Source: Phoronis australis (taxonomy: Eukaryota; Animalia; Phoronida). Taken from it: a stretch of 64,000 bases of DNA. The position numbers were made by a program, and so were the translations under genes. A model generated the notes under the pieces. It did no database searches. It was not told the origin of the DNA and was given only the letters and a program-made list of their open reading frames with translations. Each line of letters opens with the position of its first letter. Position 1 is the first letter of the stretch. The stretch is taken from NCBI GenBank assembly GCA_002633005.1, contig NMRA01000181.1, positions 196,959 to 260,958 of the forward strand, read 5' to 3'. This document shows positions 1-12,768 of this stretch, piece by piece.

Positions 1-1145
1 AAGAGTGGCCTTGTCAACAAGATAGTTAAACACTGTGGAGTTTAAACCACAGGCATTTGCTCACTTGGGTTTTCTGAGCGGCTGTGTAGTCTTGCCAACA
101 TTCGTCACAATCGCACAAAATGTGACACATCACCCCACTGCCATCACAACACCGAAGTTTGTCCTTTGGGGTGGACTAAACTACTCCTGAGCGTGCCAAC
201 AGACGTGTGTGTGGGGGGGGGGGGGAGGCTGGAATAGCGTTCATTCCTAATGAACACCTCTAGCTATAAGGGTACCATTGCGATGCAGCCATGGACGTAT
301 TTCAACGTTTTGGGTTGCTCTTGTAAATATTTCCTGGAAATGCTTGGTTTTGCCTGTAAAGCCATGGGCTTATGTATATATTTATATATGTGGAATTTTG
401 AGGCTATGGAAGATGGAAACAACAGACTCCTATCTGTACGATGTACTTGAGGTATTCGGGTCTGTGTATTTCTATGGTTAATGTTTAAAAAAATCAGGGT
501 AGCATCTCTTCCACTGATAGCTTACTTGGATGTCAGGGGTGTCGTACATTGTACGCGGATGTTTTGGTAAAGAATCGCCATGTCCTCAATACACTGAAGC
601 AACTACGCTGACTAGGTACTACACATTGTAGTGGAAAAACGTGTCGTCAAAATTCTCTGCATGTTTTAGCTTGCTTCCATGGGTGACACGAGAGCCTTTG
701 GTGGTCTTTCCGACGGCCTGTTGGTAAGATAGGACTTTGCATTAGAATACGTGAAAATAACGGGCACTCCAGGAAAAGCAATGGTGCCTTCGGCATTGCT
801 TCGAGCGTAAATCAGGGTCGCGTTCAGCAACGACGTACAGGGGCACGTACTCTGCGCTGGGTGTTAGTGAGCAATCGTAACCGTGCAATCTTTTTCAAAG
901 GAGGACATTTTGCGAGTGTCTGCTAGCAAAGTTGTGAGTTTCCTGCGAAACACTACACTAGAGCTTGTGTTGCTTTAGCGTGATCTTACGAAGCTCGCAA
1001 GATACTAGCGTTACTGAATGTAACCCTGACGCATTTCTTATTTGGAGCCGCAAATACATAGGTTGTCTGCAATCCATCTTAAAACCAGTTGCAAGGAAGC
1101 AATTGTTCCACCAAGAATCTACCAGGGGCCTGTTTTATGAAGTGA

Positions 1146-1418
1146 TTCTAAGAACAGTATGGACAAAGGGCAAGATACCAACTGGCTGGAAGGTCGCAGA
1201 GGGGTGCTTTGTGCCCAAGGAGAAGGATGCTGCTGCGATTGACCAGTTTAGAACAATATCACTGCTGAGTGTAGAAGGGAAGATGTTCTTTGGGATCTTT
1301 GCTAGGAGGTTGACATCCTATCTCTTAGACAAGTACATAAACACATCTGTACAGAAAGGAGGAATTCCTGGTTTCTCAGGCTGTGTTGAACATACGAGTG
1401 TCTTGAGCCAGCTGATTA
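1146..1418 (+). mobile_element. Non-LTR retrotransposon RT fragment, HERO/R2-like (restriction-like endonuclease group)
   Basis: Within ORF 965..1531: LRTVWTKGKIPTGWKVAEGCFVPKEKDAAAIDQFRTISLLSVEGKMFFGIFARRLTSYLLDKYINTSVQKGGIPGFSGCVEHTSVLSQLI. The QFRTISLL and SVQKGGIPG motifs match RT domains 0-2 as recalled for HERO-clade elements. Truncated at both ends. Confidence 0.8.
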
Positions 1419-3341
1419 ATGTGTCCAGAGTAATATACAACACCAATACATGGTGTGAATTCGATCCACAACTTACATGTGGGTGGACAGCTGTTTTGCA
1501 TCACTCATCGCTTTGTCCAGCGCTTCAATGAGTGTCGTCTGGTAGCCATCACCGATGCTTTCGAGACTAACAAAATGATTGCGAAGATCCTATTGGAAAA
1601 ACTTTCAGCTAGACTGAACCTTTAGTCTCGGGTAAATTTTCATTTGTGCTGGTAACGTTATTCAAGCTTCAACTGTATTCAGAAAAAAATATTTTGGTAT
1701 TCATGGTGACAACGAATAGGAGTGCGAGATTACATTAGCCATGCAGTCATGGTTTTTGAACGTCAACAATTTAGGGGAACATTTACGAAAGTAAAGGCCT
1801 TGGCGAATTCGGTGTGTATAATTTACTTCTCTGCCACTTGTCTATGAAAACACAAGGAAACAGTTACAATGCTGTAAAAACTGGATACAACGCAAGTCGT
1901 GCCAACCTACTCTTAATACTGCAATACGAGCGCAGCTCCCAAGTCACAACCATCCTGACCACCAAGCACGTGCCCGAAATCTATGGCCTATTTCTCGATG
2001 ATAACTCTGGTTTTCGTCTTTTGACTTTCCTCAAAAGCCAGAAATGCGACTTTCAATCGCCAAATGTTTCTCATCTACGAATTCCTGTCTTTTGACTTAC
2101 GAGTTATACGCAGATTTTCTGACTTTCAGTATTGGCCTGATATTCGTGAAAGAAACTTACACAGACTGGTTTTAGCTAAAAGACAAAAGCAATCAGTCTC
2201 TCTTCTAGAAACAGGTCCCTGGCTCATTTACCGGGTTAGGTAATAGCTGAACTGTGTCTTTGACTGAACAGCTGTGATTTTGGGAACGGGCGTTAGCCGA
2301 GTCCTGTCAGTTCATGAACGAGTGTGGCGGCTGGTGAATCGTGTTTGTAAGTTGATGCATAAAATGAGCTTACTAGGCCCATATGAAGGGTATTTGTAAC
2401 TGACCAACTATTTTCACGACTATAGAAGTCGTGTATTTTCTTCACATTGCTGATAATAAAGACTCTTATGACCTTTTTTATTTCGCTTACATGTTAAGTG
2501 GGCTTTTAAGTGATCTGCTTTTGTGAGGCTACACATGGAAGGTTGCCAGGTAGTGGCCAAGCTTGCGCTACCCATCTAGGGTGAAAATAGATCAGGTTTG
2601 GATATGGGCCCGAGTTTGACACATTAGTGAATGTATTTGGACAAACCATCTGAGTGCTGCCGAAATATTTAGTGGCTTCATCTTGGATGAAATTGGTACA
2701 CCGGTCTTTCGAAGGATTTACGATTCAATTCAAATATCTAGTTCATCAACGTTTAAAAGCAGTGCTTACCTCTGACTCAAGTTTGGTATGATTTTCAGCT
2801 GTCCTTTTGTTCTTCACCAAATTTTTCATCCTTTTCTTTAGGCGTTTCAAGTTGATACTCTCCAGAAATCTTTCAAATAGAATAATGTACATGTACCGCC
2901 ACCAAGGAATAATGTTGGTATACTTTTTGAGTGTGTTTTGACGGAAGCAGCAAAACTTACATTTGTAAAGGTCACCTTAGAAGGTACCGGGGATCTGGAG
3001 GGGCCTGCACTCGGAGACGTTGACTTTCACTAAGGGATTTGTGTACAAAACGCCCCTAGGTAGTTCTTTCGGGAAAAGCGTGGTCTCTTTTGGAAACTTG
3101 CATTGAGGTCTGCAGCGCTGGTTTAGATGTATGCTGCAATTTTTGTTCGCTGCTGTCCACCTGGTTTCCAGCTACTGTGAGAGTCATGCAGAATATTTTA
3201 GCGGTCCTCTAAACAACCGAAAATTGAGAGGAAAGTTCATTTAGCTCTCTAGCTATAAGTAGCTGCGTTCTGTCAGTAGATTGACCTACAATCCATGATA
3301 ATCAAAGCGTCACCTATTTATCATTAATCGCTCAATGTTAA

Positions 3342-4648
3342 AGGCGAAGGCAACCTTTTTACATGTCACTTTTAGCAAAAATAAGGTTCGTTGATTATCC
3401 CAGACACATTTTTCACTTAATTACAGGTTTTCGTAATTTGGTTAATTTCTCGTCCTCTACTCCGGAAATGACGTTTTGGGAGGCAAGAGTTTCGCCCCAA
3501 TTTCTTTTCATTATAGCCTGACTGTGAGAGCTGTCGAGTCAGTCATTGTTCTACCTCGGTTGTGATAAGTTCGGTCGTCGTTTGCTTTTGTCTACAAGTC
3601 AGTCAACATGCCACGCTGTTGCTGCGTGCCGGGATATACTCATTATCGTCTCACGCGCTTCGGGTACCTTGCGTCGCTTTCCGAAGGATGACACACTTCG
3701 CCGTACTTGGCTAGCTCGTTCATGTGAATAACGCAGCGCTACCCGTCTACGCAACGTACGAAGCAGTGGAGGGTTACCGAGTGTGTGGCAAGCATTTTCT
3801 GCCGTCAGATTACGACAGAGATATGTACCGTACGCTGAATTGATGAAGGTCCCTGCGAAACAATGCCTGAAGAAGGGTACCATACCGTAGTTGATGCCCG
3901 GCAGTGCCCCGTCGCCAACCCCGAGAAGTGCGTTTTTGAAGCGAGAAGCCTCGCGAGCTGTGGCCACTATATACAGTGACTGGAGGCACTTCATCTACTG
4001 TCACCCGTGTCTCCGAACGTACCCCATTGCGTGCAATTCCGGGAACTAGCAGTGATTCGCTCTGTGCTGTTGTCTCTAGCCCAGAGCCTGTAAGCAGCCC
4101 TGCAGCGATGTTGAGTAGTGGGAGTGAATACAGGCTCAGTTCAACACCCAGTGAAGAGGATAGTTCGTCATCCAGTGAAAAGATCGGTGAGCCTAAGTTT
4201 GATAAGTTTATTGTGGACTTGTATTGGAGCTATTTAGAAGGTGCCAGGTGTGTGGCGAGGGAGTCACACGGCGGGATAAAAGCAGTTTGGGTGCTCAGAT
4301 CACCCTCCAGTGGTATTTTGTCGCGGGACACTCTGGCAAGTGGGACAGTTCTTCCTCTGTACGTGAGACGATAATGAGTACACCCCAGTACGCAGCAACA
4401 GCGTGGCATGTTGACTGACGTAAGCAAAAGCAAACGACGACCGAACTTATCATAACCGAGGTTGACTGACTCGACTGCTCTCACAGTCAATTGGCGCGAA
4501 ATTCTTGCCTCCCAAAACGTCACTTCCGGAGTAGACGACGAGTAATTAATTAAATTACGAAAAGCAGTAAATAAGAGAAAAATATGTCTGGGATAATCAA
4601 CGAACCTTATTTTTACTAAAATGACATGAAAAAAGGTTGCCTTCGCCT
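3342..4648 (+). mobile_element. Kolobok-type DNA transposon, internally deleted, with THAP and transposase N-terminal remnant
   Basis: TTAA at 3338-3341 and 4649-4652 flanking AGGCGAAGGCAACCTTTTT...AAAAAGGTTGCCTTCGCCT. Inverted arms about 3342-3655 and 4362-4648. Frameshifted THAP from ATG 3608 (MPRCCCVPG..RFPKDDTLRRTWL..VCGKHF..LKKGTIP), then KFIVD..LELFRRCQVCG..LQWY..GHSGKWDSS. TTAA TSD with RR..YY ends fits Kolobok. Confidence 0.8.
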
Positions 4649-6520
4649 TTAAATCAGAAGCAGGCAACTAAATTTGGATGATATGGCGAGTCTGTTATTT
4701 CAAAGCAGTTTTACTCGTTGACTGAAATGTTTTCCGTATTCACGGAAGCAAAGTTTTATCATGGTAGCAGAAAATTTGAGGTCAATAGGTTAAGTGGCCT
4801 AGTGTCCATTTGAATTTTTAGAAAATCAGTGACTACCCTCGAAAAAATAACCAATTGAAATTGCGATTGATGAGTGATGAAGTTGCTTGAATGTTAAATG
4901 AGTTTTCGAGTAGTGTGGTGGTGTCAGGCCCAGGTCTGACTGCGATTCCGTCAGCGAAAAATGTAGACAGGTTCTCAGTCTCCGAATGCAACGTAATCAA
5001 GGGTATTTTCAGTTGAACTCTGGAAACACCACCTATGAGAACTTTTTGAACGATAAAGAGTGACTTGAGTCTGCGCATGGACACCTGGCCTGTGCATACA
5101 GTGTACTTAGAGTTAAAGGTTCGTGCTTTACCTGTCTAGGTTGCAAACAACTGAATCCAGGGTTTTGTCGCTGTTCCTCCGATGAGCGACAGAACTATAT
5201 ATCATGTCGTTGGTCATGAGGTTCAAGACCTCTTTCACGATTAGTGGTGCGTGGTCCTGCAGACCAAATATTCTGGCTTCGGCTCTTTTCAGCTGCATAC
5301 CAAAGTGCTTCTCGGCACGCGCTTTTATCTGCAACGCGTCCTTCAGTCCCTCCAGAAACCTGTAAAAAATAAGTGTAGCTAATAAACTGGCACGGACAAA
5401 AACTGATGAAAGCTCGCCGAAATTAGCTAAAAAGGAAAGATGTGGTGGCATTGATGATGGGAACGGTTATGTAATTGGTTAATACCAAGAATGAGGTGAA
5501 CGAGGATAAGAATAACTAGCAAAGAAGTAAACAAGAAGAAGGTGATGATGATGATGAAGATGAATGGTATAAAGATGACAATAATAAGGATAAGGATGAA
5601 GAAAACAATGATGAATTAGTTTTATAAACTTTGACCATTTCTTAGACGTATGTTTTATGTTATGCAATTGTCTTGAAACTGTTCGTAAACTGTTCATCTT
5701 ATATTCTAAGTCATGTTAGTGTTCACAAAAAGAATGATGAAGCTCAATAATAATGTCTAGTTTAGGTGGTACGCTTTTGAAAATCAATATGTATTAAGGT
5801 TCATTGATGAAGATTGTGCTTCCAATTAACTGACAGTGGTATTATGATTGATAAGGCTGCAGGTTGTTCATTGAGACCTCAAGCAAATTATTACGCAATG
5901 ACAAGAGTATTTTTAAGACGGATGTGTATGGGAGAGAATTTCCCGAAAACTGATCAATTTAATGATGTAGCAGACAAACTGCATGTAAATTAAATACGAT
6001 ATACTCTTATAACTTACCTCATACGAGAAGGGATGTCCTCAAATTCATAAACTGATAGCAAAAATTTATTAACAGTCATGACTGTTTTCGCCACGCACAC
6101 GCCATTTTTAGAGAAATCTGCATTTTCTTGTCTTCTCCCCATCATAGACTGTCGTCTATAACCTATGTCCTCACAAAGTGCAATGTACATAATTATAAGA
6201 ATCGGCTTTTTTGCTTTACCAAGCAAATACGCATTCGCTGTGCAAGCTGTACTCGAAACCTTGGACTTATGTTGAAACCAGAGACCGCAGTCGTCTGTGT
6301 TGTAACTATACGCCTAACTACCGACAAAAATGAAGTTTTTGCAGCGAATGGAATGTCAGACTCCTGCGTCAAAACAGATTTAAAATCCCACGCCTTTTAT
6401 TGCGGCACGTGTTCATGCTTCACGGTCTTACTCAAATTTTTACGGCATCAGATTTGTTGAAGAATTGTCTCAAAATGTCTAGGCTTTTCACATGATCATA
6501 AGTCAGAAAGCGTCATTAAA

Positions 6521-6533
6521 ATGTGGATACAAG
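6521..6533 (+). CDS. Putative coding exon 1 (start of signal peptide) of secreted TSP1+CCP protein
   Basis: AAA ATG TGG ATA CAA G|GTAATT. Phase-1 donor joins in frame to 10870 exon (MWIQG...). Inferred from frame compatibility only. Confidence 0.5.
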
Positions 6534-7117
6534 GTAATTTTTCTTTTGTTCATCTGATCGTTCTACCAAGTGTTCCGAATTCTTTTTCAGCAAGCAGTAT
6601 TATGCGTGATTCGTTCGGAAATTGAATGAAACAAATGAATAAATCCTTAAGAAATCAATTATTGTGTAAAGCGTAGCGAAATACTGCAATCAACTTATCA
6701 ATATTATAGCCTGGTCAAAACTTTTAAAATTTTGATGGCTGAGTCAGGTTACGAAGCAAACAACATAACAGTCACCCAAAACTATCACTGATCCTTGTTT
6801 GGGTGGTTGCCACTCTCAAAATTACGCAGTTATTAACGTTTTGAGTTAGGATTATTTTCTTTAAGCTTGCCTTAAGATAAAGGGGTGAGTAAGTAGATCA
6901 ATTCAGGTGAGATTCTAAAGGGACATGATGTGAAAAAATGAATTCCTTTCATTTTTTGCGTTTCCTCGAAAAAATTTGCATTTCCCTCGAAATTTTTTTG
7001 TCAGTTCCCTCGCAAATTTTTTGTGCGTTCCCTCGCAAATATTCGACTCATGAGTCACTTACTATCGCAAACAGCCGGACAATACTAAGATGGCGTGAGA
7101 CTCTAATATATATATAT

Positions 7118-8212
7118 ATAGATTATTACATGGCGAAATCGTTATCCTCCGTATTCTAGAGCCCGAGTGGATTTTGGAGAATTATCGCCCGAGGGGCGTT
7201 AGCCCCGAGGGTGATAAATACTACTATGGTACCTGTAGCATAATGTTATCAATCTAATAAAAAATTTTCCATGACAGCTGTTGTATACTGATCACAGTGA
7301 TTGTAGGCAGGGCCACTGACCCTACGATTATGTGTGTGGTCACATTGTTTTTGGAGATAGGAGTACGTGATTCTTTTTAGATAACTGTTTGGAGCAAAAC
7401 TTGTATTCTTTTTGTGTTCTAAATAAATAGAGGTTCATAACTCATAGCTTATAGATGTGTCAGAAATTTCAAAGAGAATTTTCTGCAACAACATTTCCTG
7501 ACTCTAGATAAGGGGGGTAACGACTCAGAACATGTAATAATCTATTTATACCACATACTGAACGAGAAACATTGCAATGAATCGACATACCTTTCTCGAC
7601 TCGCCTCGCCTTTTTTAACTACTTTGTATGTCAGAGGCCTGAGGTCGGAGGACTTGACCTTTCAAGAAACGCCGAGTTTTTCTTGTTAAAATGCTATTTT
7701 TATTTAAAGCCAAATAAAAAGTGAAAAGAAATAGAACTAAAGTGAATCTGTAAAATGATTTTTATTTTAAGCAACTACTCTAGCTTACTACACAACTTTT
7801 AATGCCAAGCTTCTAGCGTAAAAATATCGTCTGCTAAAGTAGGTTACAACTGGTTACTGAGTTTAATGTCCAAGTCACAGCATCCCGACCACACGTTACT
7901 CGCATTCAAACTGGAGATCGATGATTTACAAGTGAGAGAAAATGACAGATAAATCTTACTGAATTAAAGATGTCGTTTTTTATTGAAATGTTGCGTCTTA
8001 CTTTTCATAGCGTATAAATGTCGACACAATGTCGTTTGTTGAACAAGCGATTGTTGTGTGTGCTCATTTAAGTGGTGAGTGGTGAAGTCGACGACCCGAA
8101 ACTCTTGCGGAGCGGGTTCGAATCCGGTCTCGGATTCTTGCCAAAATGTTATTTAACGCTGTTAAATAAGTAAATGGGTTATTGGCCATTCAACACTGAT
8201 ATTGTGGTATAA
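7118..8212. mobile_element. Non-autonomous element with two abutting inverted-repeat pairs (possibly Crypton-type) and internal tRNA-like B box
   Basis: ATAGATTATTACATG (7118-7132) / CATGTAATAATCTAT (7531-7545) is a perfect 15-bp IR. TTATACCACA (7546-7555) pairs with TGTGGTATAA (8203-8212). Internal GC hairpin near 7181-7218; GGTTCGAATCC near 8115-8125. Starts at a (TA)n run. Confidence 0.45.
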
Positions 8213-8279
8213 TAAACGTTGTGCTATTGTCTCTCGATTTTAGTGTTTCGTATTTCGGGATTTGGTACTATGCATAGGC

Positions 8280-9248
8280 TCCCAACTTCAACCGTCCAAA
8301 ATCCAAATAAAATCTGCGTGCACCTCCCTTAGCCTGGTATTGCATAAACATTCGAAGCCTTATCTTTCCTAGATCCCATCAACTGTCTTCGTGCGTGGTG
8401 AAGTGGCGATGGAATTTCCAAAACAATCTCAAAACTCTGAATTCAAGGACCTGAAATAGTAAACATGGCGGATTTCAGTTGTGCTTCAACTTGTACGCCT
8501 GACGTAGGTGAAACTTCGAGTTTGAGCAAGCAACCTATATTTCAAATTCAATAATTCTAATCCAAAACTCAACTAATTGAGAACGTTAAAGTTTGTATTT
8601 TAATGCTTATTTGTTACTTAATTCAACTGACGGCTCATTTTAGCCCTTAACTTAGAACTTTATTACATAAACTGGCGTATCTTGTTTCTCATCTTGACAT
8701 CACGCACTTTTTTGATTGAAGCACAACTCACACTCGGCCAGGAGACGCAGCCCGTGCAAGTATTACAATGCGCGTGGCCGACGAGTTAACTCAATGGTTT
8801 TGGCCAAAAATAAAACCTTCATAAGAAATCACAGTACACAAAAAACTTCGCATATCAATACAGTATCAGGATAATTTATATTTGACACAAATATATGAGT
8901 AATTACATTTATTTGGCAATAACGTGCTCTCTGCTTCTCATGATCAAGTAGTCGATGGATTGACGGCGAAAGCCGCGCGAAATTAGACTTTCGGATTTAG
9001 CTCGGGAGCGTCGGCCAAAACCCGGATGTGCGAAGACCGTCTGCCATGACATCACGGAATCAGGTCCTTGAATTTCTGATTTTGGCATTCTTTTGGCATT
9101 TTTGTCGCCAAATCACCACGCGAAGGCAATTTGAAGAGATCAAATGAAAGAAGGTATTCTAAGAGTTGTCCGATGCTAGTTTCGTGGAGTTCCATGCACA
9201 TTTGAGTAGAAAATTCTGAGCAAACAGATTTCGAGTGTCCAACCTTTA
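8280..9248. mobile_element. Old MITE-like element with diverged long inverted arms
   Basis: GCGTGGTGA..TGGCGA and GAATTCAAGGACCTGA (about 8387-8454) are inverted relative to TCAGGTCCTTGAATT and TCGCCAAATCACCACGCGAAG (9060-9125). Right end ...CCAACCTTTA resembles a Kolobok CCT|TTAA end. Confidence 0.45.
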
Positions 9249-10869
9249 TGTTGTCTTATATATATTATTGAGTGACGTCATTTGCGATAAACCCAAGCGC
9301 CTGTGGTACTATGCTGATCTTGAGAATATTTTCACTTTCAGTTAAAGAGGTTTAAGAAAAAACCTGGTTCAACAAATTCCCAACGCACCAGATTGAAAAG
9401 GATAATTTTGTAAAAAGAGCGGTCCCAATACACACTTGTAGCTCTGCTGATTTGTGATTTGCTCTTTTGATGTCTGTCGAACAAGTGCATACCTTGAATG
9501 TTCACCAATAAGGCTCATGTTATAAGAAAAGGCCATCCAATTTTAGATTTTCTTAGGAACAACACTATTTTGATCTGTTCAACACAGACTGCTTTGTTTT
9601 TATTCTTTAATTCTATATTTTCGTGGAATGACTTTAGTCATTCAATGCTAATTGTAAAAGCATGGCTAATGGGTTGAAAACAAACACAAGAAAAATACCG
9701 ATGGTCACCTATCTCTTTGTTAAGTAGTAGCAATTTTGTTTATAAGGTTGAATGTGATAATTATAAAGAATCCTATATCGGATTCACACAGAGACACCAC
9801 TGTGACAGATTGAGAGAATATCACACCAGAGAAAAGCAATGTCTATAGGCATTGTGTAAGTAGCAATCACCAAGCTAATTCAGTCAGTATAATCTGTACA
9901 GAGCATGTAAAGGAATTACTTTACAGTAAAGAGCCATTGGCCTTTCAGGACCAGCATGCTGTTGGTTCCCTGAAGTACATACAGAGCTAAGTGACACTAC
10001 AGCTGTGGTGTTGACCTATTTACTATTTCCTGTCATGTTTGCCTACACTCGTTTCGTACGTCGACACTTGATGTCTTCGTGTTTATAACCTGCTGATGTC
10101 TAATGAATACAGACGAAAAGTTGACTCAATATGAACTTTTTCATTTGTGCGGCGATTGTCCGTTTTTTGACATTGTTGAAGTAGTCCGGGAGAGGAATAC
10201 GGAAAACAATATCACATGGCGGCATTTCTCTGACTGATTTAATTAATGTGTTTGGGAAAAAGGTTATTATGAAACTAATCTCAAGTGTCCTTCGTTAACT
10301 TGGAGGCGATTCCAGAGCTACGAAAGGACTGACAGTTCGTTGTTGACTTTTAATGTTTCAATACAAAATTTTCCTGGCGTGTCATTCTATGCCCCGAACA
10401 TGGTCCCAAGGAAACACGAACTTTCAGTTCTCTGTAAAGCCAAACCACGTCTCATATAAGCTATATCAAGACCAATTTTATAACTGTTTGTGGTAAGTTT
10501 TGTTCTTGGGCAAAACGCAGGATTCATAGCCACCTTGAATTCGTGTCTCGAATGTAGTGGTGCTCACCAAACTAAGCTCGTAACCCGGAAATCACCTTTA
10601 ACTTGAGTGCGGGAACAAGTTGAAACTAATTTAATGACAGCTAGTGCATTGAAGTAAAGGTTATTTTATGGATTAGCAACGTTTGTTCTACTGCACTGGT
10701 ACACCAGTCCTATGGGAATGAAGGACAAATGCACAATATGTAATTTTTTTTTATTCCGTCAATTTGAAGGTAATTAGCATTCTTACGTTGTCTTCTGCAA
10801 AATGTGTTTAAATCAAGGACTGTTCAATATTAGCGTACTTAATTCACTTCCTCCTTTTATCATTTTCAG

Positions 10870-10908
10870 GTTGCGGGATATCTTTGGTCTTCTGTTTGTT
10901 GATTCAAG
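10870..10908 (+). CDS. Exon 2: hydrophobic core of signal peptide (GCGISLVFCLLIQ)
   Basis: Polypyrimidine tract + TTTTCAG| 39 bp |GTACGT, phase 1-1, no stop, hydrophobic. Confidence 0.65.
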
Positions 10909-11603
10909 GTACGTTTTGTTTAAAGTTTCATGAATTTTTTGAAACAACATGACTTAATAAAGCGTAAAAGCGGTATTACTTAAAAACAAAACAAACAAGA
11001 CGCAAAAATAATAATTTGTGTGAAACAGTCAAAAAGGAAACATCGTACGAATTTCGCTTTACAAAACGCAGCCAGTAAATGGGACATGGAAACTATGATA
11101 CACACACGATATGGAAAATTCATAACCAATTGCTACATTTGAGTTTGTGTGGATATCCATAGATGTTTTGTATTCCTGTTTTTCATGGTAAAAATAGTAA
11201 CAATTTACATTAAGCCTCGCTAATCCTTGTGCAATGCACACATAGCCTAACGTATCATAGATTATAGACAACAGATTCGCAACTCCGACATTTACTTACG
11301 TGCTAGCCAAGAGGCGCCGCCACTCTCCTAAATTTTCTGGTGCAGTTTCCGGTTGGTGCATTTTGACGAGAAATATTTGCATCTCCGTTTCTGTCCAGTA
11401 CAAAGAAAAAATTAATTTCGGCATTATAGATGCTCATAGCACCGCATGGGGGGAGGTCGGGAGGGGGGCCCAGAAAATTTTTCTGTTTTTTCCTCTAAAA
11501 ATCAATAATTTTCCTTGATTCCTGAAGTATTATCCGAGAAAAAAGGAAAAAAAAAACAAAAAAAAAAAACACGGAGAACGTGTCAAACAGGGAAAACTGC
11601 AAA

Positions 11604-11668
11604 TACCACAGACCCGAACTCACGGCCTGGCGGATAGAGAGCGCGTGCTTTACCACTACACCACCACG
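11604..11668 (-). repeat. tRNA-derived SINE head / tRNA-like fragment
   Basis: Minus strand reads GTGGTGGTGTAGTGGTAAAGCACGCGCTCTCTATCCGCCAGGCCGTGAGTTCGGGTCTGTGG: A-box TGGTGTAGTGG and degenerate B-box, no complete cloverleaf. Confidence 0.55.
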
Positions 11669-12768
11669 ATTTAACTCCTAATTTGATACTAAGAAAGAGA
11701 CGAACTTGTTTATGGTCCACAGCATTTGCGCGCGAAACCTACTTCTTTTTGTAATGCTATTACACGTTTTATATTTTGTGCAATCGGTTCGTAACAAATT
11801 TTGTTGTATTTAAAATAGTCTTCAATTGCCCAAAAAACCAAACCCGTTTTTAGTGTTGGCAATAATGACGGGATTGCTTTGGAAATCGTCTTAAGTTAAA
11901 GGAGAATACTACCCGAAAAACTTTGTATCAATTTAGATCGAGTAGTTCTACTCGATAACGGCACGTTCGGTTGCGTTACCTGACACCTGACGGCAGACGG
12001 AGGTGTTGAAATTATCCAATGACGTAATAGCGAATGTGCAAATCTCAATGAGCATGCCCCACACCAGTTCCTCTCTATTGCATTCTGGGATAGTTTGTAT
12101 GCCTAGCAGCAGCGTGATAATTTCTATATAGAAGAGATTATTATATTTAGCTGTCGTTTTCAATTATTAAGACTAGAAAAAATATGTTACAAATTCTCAG
12201 AATCTTATTAAAATTATAATTTTAAAAAATTGTACAATCCAAGACATGTGCTTATAGTTTACCTGGTCCCTGTCTCCAATCTCTGTACTCAGACTCAAAT
12301 CATACTCACACTTCATGCTCACCGCACTTCATTGCCGCTAATTTTTAAACTCCTTCTTGCTACGATTCCTGGCAACTGGCGAATGCTAATCCCATGTCGA
12401 CGAGTCACTACAAGGGTCAAAAGCAGCTGTGGGGTGGGGATTGCCGTGATTGAAGTGAGTGTGCAACGGTTTGTACGATTTCCTACGGGAAATGAAAACA
12501 GTTTGCTTCCCTGTCAGATTTCACATGATAGTTTTGTCATCGATAATTCCTCAATCCCCGAATGATATTCTAGATTTTTTTGCCGATTTATGAGTAGACG
12601 TCTCGTCCCGTTCACTGATGAACTCTGAATGCCTGCATATAGTGTACTACATGTAGTGTTTTTAACTCACGCGCGAAATGTCAGCTAACTTGATACATCC
12701 CGGTAAAATGCAAAGATGCAGTATCAAAGTTTTGACATCAGCATAGGCCTACACGGCAATGGGTTCTA

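Noticed and set aside
8060-8135. tRNA gene
   Set aside because: B box present but no convincing cloverleaf; treated as a repeat-embedded tRNA-like fragment.
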